Shown here: one piece after another, positions 52,861-64,000 of the stretch
Layout: each line of letters begins with the position of its first letter
How positions within the stretch are numbered: position 1 is the first letter of the stretch
Origin: the human T2T-CHM13v2.0 reference genome, Homo sapiens
Assembly (NCBI RefSeq): GCF_009914755.1
Contig: NC_060927.1
Length of the DNA: 64,000 nucleotides
Reading direction: 5' to 3' (one strand)
Made by a program: the position numbers and the translations under genes
Notes under the pieces: generated by a model
What the model was told of the DNA's origin: nothing
Databases searched by the model: none
Seen by the model: only the letters and a program-made list of their open reading frames with translations

Positions 52861-54696
52861 CTACAGAGAAGAGGAGACAGAATTGGTTAGAGTCAGAGCT
52901 GACAGGTTTTCCTCTTCCTAACCTCCCCTTACTCCCAGCCAGCCCCAGAGGTAGTTTGTAGGGGCTTCAGGCTGAGTATAGGTGTTTAATGTAGAAACAG
53001 GCTGGTATGGACACAGGATACTACAGAGCAATGAACATAGGCCCTGGACACAGACAGTTTTAGGTTCAAACCCTACATCCCCTATTTATAGTTGTTGAAG
53101 TTTAAGCACGTTCCTTTATATTACTAAGCCCCAGTCTCTTTCAATATAAAATCAGGAGAGGCATGCCTGCCTTATCTACCTCGACTGTAAAATGAGAGAA
53201 ATGATCCCTCTTCATCTGGGATGTCATGAGAACTAAATGGGACAAGGTAAAGTGTCTACTTAGTTTCATTCACTAACTTAGCGCTTTTCTTCCTAACGAA
53301 TCCTCACAAAAGTGAAATGTGATACCTAGAAAAGTGCCTTGTAAAGTATAAAGCACTCTGCTCATGAAGAGACATTACCCTATTCCCAGTTGATAATGCT
53401 GTGCCTCTTCTCTTTCATTACTCAATAATGGAAACACATATATGTGGATTTTGGTGGGATAACTGCAACCAGGAGAGTCTGGATCCTAGCTGGCTCTGGG
53501 ACTGGATATGTTGCCCAGATACCCAACATTACCGCAGAGTTTTGGAGCTTTGTTCTCCATCTGGCTCAGGAACTATGGGTATCTAAGCAAGTCTGGGTTT
53601 TTGCATATTAAGAACTAATTAACATGTATTGTTTCTTGATTTACATGACACACTGACTGGGTGATTCCATTTGTGGCTTGTGAGCAAAAGATGTAAGAAT
53701 CGGTGATTAAGCAAAGGCAGGCAAGAGTGGTGCCAAGATGGAACAGGGAATTCCATCCTGATTCTAGAACACTGCATGCTCCATATTTCACTATTGCCTT
53801 CTACATCTTCCCTTAGCTTTGCAGTATGTTTTAAACTTTCCTGATTTTGTTTTTCATGGTTTTACCCCCCATGATGCAAACAATTAATTTTCTAGAACTT
53901 AGCTGCCTTAGCTTCCAATCCTTAGCTTTAAGGATGCATGTCCACCTAATTAACAACTGTTGGTAAAAACAAAGAAAAAATCTCAGCTAACTGTGAAGGA
54001 GCTGTCCTCTCTCTGTGTGCAGCTGCAGGGCAGGAGACACCATTCTGCACCATAAAAAATGAGTTCAAAGAATCCGACCTAATAAGGCGTGGAACTAAAA
54101 ACATCGATGAGTTATCAATCTTACTCTCCTGTCAACGATATGATGCTGTAATCATACGGTACTTTTTTTTCTCTTTAAAACAACATTTTGTTTTGTTTTG
54201 TACAAAGGAGTCTTTAAAGATATCTGGACTTCATAGATTGATGCTAAATTCTGTAAATAGTAACCCTAATTAGTTGTTTAACTTGATTATCTGCTGCTAT
54301 GGCAATAATATTTAAACTGATGAATCTGTTTTCCTAAACGGCATGAGTATTTATAAGGTTTTGATGTTAAGCCAAAAGAAGAGCTTAGATGATTCTCTGT
54401 TCTATCTTCATGCATATGAGTATAATAAAAACCAGTGGCTTGAGGAATTATTCATTCAAACACACAGTTTGAGAGTCTTCTCCTATTTGAATCACTGTCT
54501 TTCAGCTCAGCATGTGGCTTCCAACATTGGCACCAAGGAACTTGCTGAGGGAGGTATCCCTGTGACGGTGTCAGGTCCTCACAGCATCCACTGTCCTGTC
54601 TTTCAACAAAGAAGCATGTGCCTCCATCCAGGGGTGATCGTGGGCAATTTTCACAGGACTGGAGGTGGGTGGTTGGGAGAGAGAGTGGTCACTTAC

Positions 54697-54807
54697 CTTG
54701 TCTGCCCTGTCTCTCTCAACTCCGTACTTGCCCCCAAAGCCTTTGGCAGCATCCGTCTGAGAAGAGTGCTTCTCCACCTCGGCAACATACTCATGGCCCA
54801 CTGCACT
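54697..54807 (-). CDS. HCLS1: HCLS1 exon 5 (37-aa repeat, phase 0-0)
   Basis: [37 protein letters not shown]; CAG / GTAAGT. Confidence 0.96.
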
Positions 54808-55714
54808 CTGAGAAAAATCAAGGATGGAGTGAGTGAAAAGATAAAAATGACCTTAAAAAAATAAATACAGATATGGAGTGGGATGTAGGCATGTAAGAAA
54901 TTCCATTCTGGGTCAGATCTATAGCCTCTGACAGTGGTGCCAAGGAATACGCGATGGGAGAGCAAGATGACTTTTTCTGGAGACCTGCTCATCCCTGTTC
55001 TTCTCTAATACCATTAGGAATCCTTCATTCTGAACACTCCCATAGGATGGGCTGGGAACCAGGGGATAGAGACAAGGTAGACAGAGCAGTGTTTAAACCA
55101 GAAACAAAAAGAGCTGAAACAAGAGCATTGTGCAGCAGAACAGAGTGTAGTGTGGGGTAGTGTGGAGGAGAGACCAAGGGGACTGACCGGACGCCATAGC
55201 CGGGATGGAATATTTCACTAGGAGAGCCAATGATTTTGTTCTAGATCTTTGCTCCTGTATGGCCATCAAAGTTCAGAAGTGAACTCTGAGCTTTATACAC
55301 CATGTAATGTAGGACATGTATACAAAAAAAATCACTAAATACACAGTAAATAAAATAATAAAGAGAAGTTGCAACATAGACATAATACATAAACATTTAA
55401 ATGCAGCAAATAATTTTAAAACATATTTTTTCCTTCTCCACTTGTGCTCCCTGTCTTCTTGGTCTAGGAGTTACAATGTGGTTGGGGCTACAACAGGCCA
55501 GCAGTTCTAATATCTTGGCTCTTATTTTCTGCCATGTATATCTTATGTGTTGAGATCAGAAAAATTTGATACAAATAATATGTGGACATTATATTTTAGA
55601 CCAAATGACTACTGTACTTTTGAATGAGTTTTAACTCATGAACCAATGAATGAGTTAAAAAATATATATTTTGATCTAGAACAAAAGTATCTGGGTGTTT
55701 TAGCAAAATTTTTA

Positions 55715-56840
55715 AATATACTTAAATATTATATACTATATATTTATGAATAAACTATATATTTATAATATAAATATGTTATATCATATAATTATAATAT
55801 ATTAAAATATATATAATATAAATTTATATATTTACATTTACTTATAATTATGTAACATATATTAATAATATATATTTATAAATATATTTATAAATAATTA
55901 TATAAGTATATAATATATAATGTATTAATATATAATATATTAATTATATACTTGTATTAATATATAATATATTAATTATATACTTATATATAATATATAC
56001 TTATATATAACAGATACTATATATAAGTATATATAATATATAATATATCTTATAATTAATATATAATAATATAATATTAAATATATTATTTATATTTTTA
56101 TATATTTTATATATTTATATATATTTTATATATATTTATAAATAAAAATATATAATATATATTATATTTTATGTATTATATTTTATATACTTATATAATA
56201 TAATATATATTATATATTAATTATAGTATATAATATATTACATTATATTACATATTATTACTATGTAATATATTACTATGTAATATATTACATAGTAATA
56301 ATATGTAATATAATGTATTAATAATGTAGATTATATATTATATATGATATATAATATATAATATAGATATATTATATATTATATATACTTATATATAGTA
56401 TCTGTTATATATAAGTATATAAGTATATATTATATATATTAATATATATTTATTACATATATTAATATATATAATATATATTAATATATATACTTATTAT
56501 ATATTATATATTATAAGTATATATTATATTATATATACTTATAATATATATACACTTATATATAATATATAAAATATAATATACATTATATTATATTTAT
56601 AACATATATAAAATATATAAGTATATATAATAAATATATACTTATATAATTATATACTTACATATAATTGGCTCTTATAGAGCCAATTATTTTATAGCCA
56701 ATTATTATAGAGCCAATTATTTATTATAGAGTCAATTATATATACTTATATATAGTTGGCTCTTATTATAGAGGTATATAATTATATATAAGTATATAAT
56801 TATACATATTTACAAAATATATAAGTATATATATCAATTT
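55715..56840. repeat. ~1.1-kb AT-rich (TA-derived) low-complexity tract with internal palindromes
   Basis: Nearly all A/T; perfect 56-bp inverted repeat 55995-56050 / 56365-56420. Confidence 0.95.
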
Positions 56841-57202
56841 TTTAATGTATTATTTATTTATTTTATTTATTTTTTTTTTTTTTGAGACAGAGTCTCGCTC
56901 TGTCTCCCAGGCTGGAGTGCAGTGGCATGATCTCGGCTCACTGCAAGCTCTGCCTCCCAGGTTCACGCCATTCTCCTGCCTCAGCCTCCTGAGTAGCTGG
57001 GACTACAGGCACCCACCACGACACACGGCTAATTTTTTGTATTTTTAGTAGAGATGGGGTTTCACCGTGTTAGCCAGGATGGTCTCGATCTCCTAACCTC
57101 ATGATCCACCCACCTTGGCCTTCCAAAGTGCTGGGATTACAGGCGTGAGCCACCGCACCCGGCTTGTATTTTTTTAAAGCAAATCTTTCCCTTTCAACTT
57201 AC

Positions 57203-57332
57203 CTTGTCCATTCGGTCTCTTTCTACTCCAAACCGACCTCCATAGCCATGGGATGCTTTGGGCCCTGACTCCATCTCTTTCTTCCTGAGAACATCATGCT
57301 CCTCTGATACTTTGTTCCTCAGCTGGTGGATG
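57203..57332 (-). CDS. HCLS1: HCLS1 exon 4 (most 5' exon in window)
   Basis: [43 protein letters not shown]; CAG / GTAAGT. Confidence 0.95.
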
Positions 57333-59087
57333 CTGGAAGAAACCACATGACCAAGGCTCATCTATCCTAGGGAGATCAAGAAACCCATCTTCCCAGAAAA
57401 ATGGAAGCCTTGAAGTCTGTCCTGTTTACTTTCAGTAATAACCTGGGCCCCCAAAATATACTAGTGATGGGTCTGGAAGTAAAAGATCAGTCTGGCCTGC
57501 ATACCATAGCCTGATTTAAACTCTCCATAGGCCAATAATATTTCCTCTAGTCTGTTATTTGCTCACTAAAATAACCTTCTGATCTTTAGTCCCATTTTTC
57601 ATGTTCTTAAATATTAGAGGACAATGGTACCTATATTCTGATAACTGGAAAGTTATTTTCTTTTCTGAATGGATCTGCTTTCTATCAATTAGAGGATGTG
57701 TCTCAAAAAGCAGAAAAATATTCACATACCATTGGACCTACACATTCTAGTTTTAGCAGTCTACACCAGGGAAATGATTTTAAATATGGCAAAGCTTAAT
57801 GTCCTTAATGTCTAAATGATACTCATTGAAGCATCGTATATAATAGCAATAACTAAGAAACAATCTATATGACCAATGGTTGGATAATAGTTAAATAAAT
57901 TGAAATACTACCTTTCACTAGTGTACTAGGAAGTCATTAAATATAATGCTTATAAAAACACAGAACTGGGGAAATTTATGTAAACATTAGTGGTATTTTT
58001 TATGCTTTTTGGTCATGAATTAAGATCTTCTGCCCCTTCCCCCCAGGCTGATAATACCTGAGAAAACTAAGGACTAATGAAAACTAACTAAGAAAATCCA
58101 CTCACAGTTATTGCTATAACACTTTAAGCCTCAAATTATCTTGATTTGAAGGGACACCTCTATCCCTAAGAGAAAGTACCACCAAAAAAGGCATTATCTT
58201 TCTTACTTCACACCCACTTCCATCTTTACCATGAAGGTGACTGCAACAATTAAGAGGGCAGAAAGCCATCTTGGCCAACCTCTTTGGCTTGAGGATATGA
58301 AGTGATAGCTCAGCCCCACGTGACAATCAGATCTGTTATTTGGACACATATAAGGATCCGGGGATTCTTGGAAACATTTGGGCAAGAGAACCCTAAATAA
58401 GAAATTTGACTTTCTGCAGCAAGCAATGAGGGTTTAGGGTATTAAGATAGTGATGTTAGATGGTGAGCTGGGACTTTACCAGCGCAGGACAACCAGACAC
58501 ATTGGTTATACGTAGAATGGCTGTCTCACAGCAGAAATTGTCTTCTTTTAAGGAAGAATAGATCCATCTGGTGGCCTTTAGTGGATAATTCTACCAAAGG
58601 TCTTTTTAAAAAGCCTTCTCAGCTTTAGCCGCAGTTAATTTTAGAAAGCTGGCTATGAACCAGATGAAATTAAGCCAAGTGCTGGAAGAACCCCCTGTTC
58701 CCATGCCTCCTCTAAACTCTCTGGCAGCGTTGAAAGCAGAGATCTTGTGTTGTCAGTTCAACACCAACACTGTGTCATAAGCTACTAGTACCAAGGACAT
58801 GTAAATGCCTGCCCAATATCTTCCAACTGAAGTATTCAGATGAAAGATCAAGAAAATGGGGCCAAAATTTACTTTCAAATGGAAAAAATCTGCAATTTTT
58901 TAATGAATATAATAATTGTTAAATGGGTTATAACTATATTATAGTTAAAACAAGTTTTTAAAAGGGATTAGAAAATGATACTCAGAAATATTCATCTAAA
59001 GGATAACAGAAAAACTAGTCAGGGGATCATACCAATGATATAATTTGAATGAAATTGTTGAGGCCCAAAGAAAACAGACTTCTTTAG

Positions 59088-59467
<380 letters not shown>

Positions 59468-59789
59468 TAAACAACTTTTAAGTGTGAGGTACTGTTAGGC
59501 TCTGAGGACACAAAAATGTTTTATGTATGGAGATAGAGGACAGCTAGAAGAGATAGAGAGGAAAACAAAAAATTCCAATTCAATATGCTGTGTTGTGCCT
59601 AAGAAACTTTTGACATATTAACTCTCAGATATCCAATTTAAGTTTTAAAAGACTTTGTATTGATAAAGCAATGCAGTTTATGTGAACCAAGCAAAATGTA
59701 GCACCTCAAAGATGACTCATTCCTCAATCTGTGTTTGTTTTTTATTACAAAACTAAAAGCACAAATGTGAGTGACTCAGAATATAAGGT

Positions 59790-62240
<2,451 letters not shown>

Positions 62241-62251
62241 CAATAAATTTA

Positions 62252-62485
<234 letters not shown>

Positions 62486-62862
62486 TCAGTGAGCCGAGAT
62501 CGTACCACTGCACTCCAGCCTGGATGACAGAGCGAAACTCCGTCTCAAAAAAAACAAAGTTAATTTTTGAAAAATAATAAAGTGAAGAAAACCTTAAATG
62601 AAAGAGACTTTGGGCACTCATAAAGAGGTTTGTTTATGAAGTGATTGTAGTATTATTAAGGCCAACTTATCAAGTACTTTGTCACTGTAAACAGAATAGC
62701 AAGCAGCCTTAGGGAATTGGCAATAGCTTAGTTCATGGGAATTTGCATTTCATTTCAACAAAAGAATTACGGACATGACGATATTATGTTTATTAGACAA
62801 AAACAATATATTGGTTAAGATTTCAGCCCATGGAGTCAGACTGAGCCGAATTCAAATTACTA

Positions 62863-63238
62863 CAGGTTGACTATCCCTCATCCCAAACGCTTGGGACCAG
62901 AAGTGTTTTGGATTCAGGATTTTTTCAGGTTTTGGAATATTTGCATATACATAATGAGATATCTTGGGGACGAGACCCATGTGTAAACAGGAAATTCATT
63001 TATGTGTCATATACACTATATTAAGGAAGGTATTAAAGAAGAACTAAATAAATGAAGGTAACTTTATTTTTCCCTTGGGGACGCTGAAAAAACTGTTGTG
63101 CACCTGTATTTTGACTGAGACCCATCACATGTAGTCAGGTGTGGAATTTTCTACTTGTGGTATCATGTGGGCTTTCAAAAATTTCAGATTTTGGAACATT
63201 TTAGATTTTGAATTTTTGGATTAGGGATGCTCAACCTG
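62863..63238. mobile_element. Tigger4/MER46-like MITE
   Basis: TA-CAGGTTGACTATCCCT ... AGGGATGCTCAACCTG-TA terminal inverted repeats. Confidence 0.85.
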
Positions 63239-63880
63239 TATCTCTGTATCCTCGGACAAATTGCTAAACATTAATATATCCATTCACTTTTCTGTGAAAT
63301 CAGGATGCCAACGTCATCTATGATATAGGATTGTTTTTAAAAAGTACTCTGTGTTTTGCAAGACATATAATAGCTTAATAAATGTTAGTCATTATTCTTA
63401 AGTTATAGCCATGGCTCTTCCCAGTACCCCTGTGAGGTAAACAGGGATGGTACTATAATCTCCAGTCAGCGCTGGAAATCAAGATAGGATGGTAAAATAT
63501 TATTACTCTCCTCAGCATCATAAGCCTTTTTACAGCAGAGCTGGAATCAGTCTCTAGAGCTCCAGAATTCTATTTCTATACTCTTGGCATTACACCATTC
63601 TTTATTTCCACTTGCTATAAAATGTCAGGGCACGAGAAGAGGACAGGGCCACTGAGGCAGACATCCTATGGTTATAGCTCAGTAAAGATTTAATCTAAAG
63701 GCCAGACTGGTTCCAGGAAGTGCTGAAAGATTATTCCAGAGCAGTGCCACTCAGTGTGTGGTCCACAAGCTGAACTGTTTCTGTTTCACAGGGAAATAAG
63801 AATAAAAATTGAGAATATGTGTTTAGAAACTTTTATAGCAATTTGACATAGTGATTTTATTCTTTTTCTTTTTCTTTTTT

Positions 63881-64000
63881 AGAAATGGGGTCTCACTGTT
63901 GCCCAGGCTGGAGTGCAGTGGCTACTCACAGACACAATCCCACTACTGATCAGCACTGGAGTTTTGACCTGCTCCATTTCTGACCTGGGCAAGTTCACCC
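63881..64000 (-). pseudogene. 7SL (SRP RNA) retropseudogene, 3' part, runs off the window
   Basis: Reverse complement has 7SL S-domain text GGGTGAAC..GCCCAGGTC.GAAA.GGAGCAGGTCAAAACTCC.GTGCTGATCAGTAGTGGGAT, absent from Alu, followed by an A-rich tail. Confidence 0.9.

Noticed and set aside
54343-54864. 173-aa + strand ORF antisense to HCLS1 exon 5
   Set aside because: No recognisable domain; partly a shadow of the exon
58400-58900. Repeat-free stretch that looked like a decayed coding or processed-pseudogene fragment
   Set aside because: Manual translation gave no recognisable protein, poly(A) tail or TSD

Overview
Primate (almost certainly human) repeat-rich genomic DNA containing two convergent genes. 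FBXO40 (+ strand) is complete: probable non-coding exon 1 ending at 3407, an exon 2 contributing only the ATG, a 1911-nt exon 3 and a terminal exon 4, splicing to a 709-aa TRAF-zinc-finger/F-box protein. HCLS1/HS1 (- strand) is present as exons 4-14 (cortactin repeats, Pro/Glu-rich region, SH3); exons 1-3 lie beyond the window. FBXO40 intron 1 holds a near-full-length, decayed class I (ERV1) provirus (13070-25865, antisense, two LTRs, 4-bp TSD). It splits an older MLT1 LTR and is itself interrupted by a HERV-K(HML-2) LTR5 solo LTR and many Alus. Also present: a U13 snoRNA retrocopy, a 7SL retrocopy, L1/L2/MIR/DNA-transposon fossils and a ~1.1-kb AT-rich tract with perfect internal inverted repeats. 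I found no evidence for a wholly new biological system. The best leads are a two-uORF leader in FBXO40, an unexplained terminal-exon-like module antisense in HCLS1 intron 5, a ~190-bp non-Alu inverted duplication, a GC-AG intron next to a skippable HCLS1 repeat exon, and an apparently non-reference HCLS1 coding haplotype. Most short ORFs in the supplied track are Alu- or repeat-derived noise. Repeat family names come from recalled consensus sequences, not from a search.
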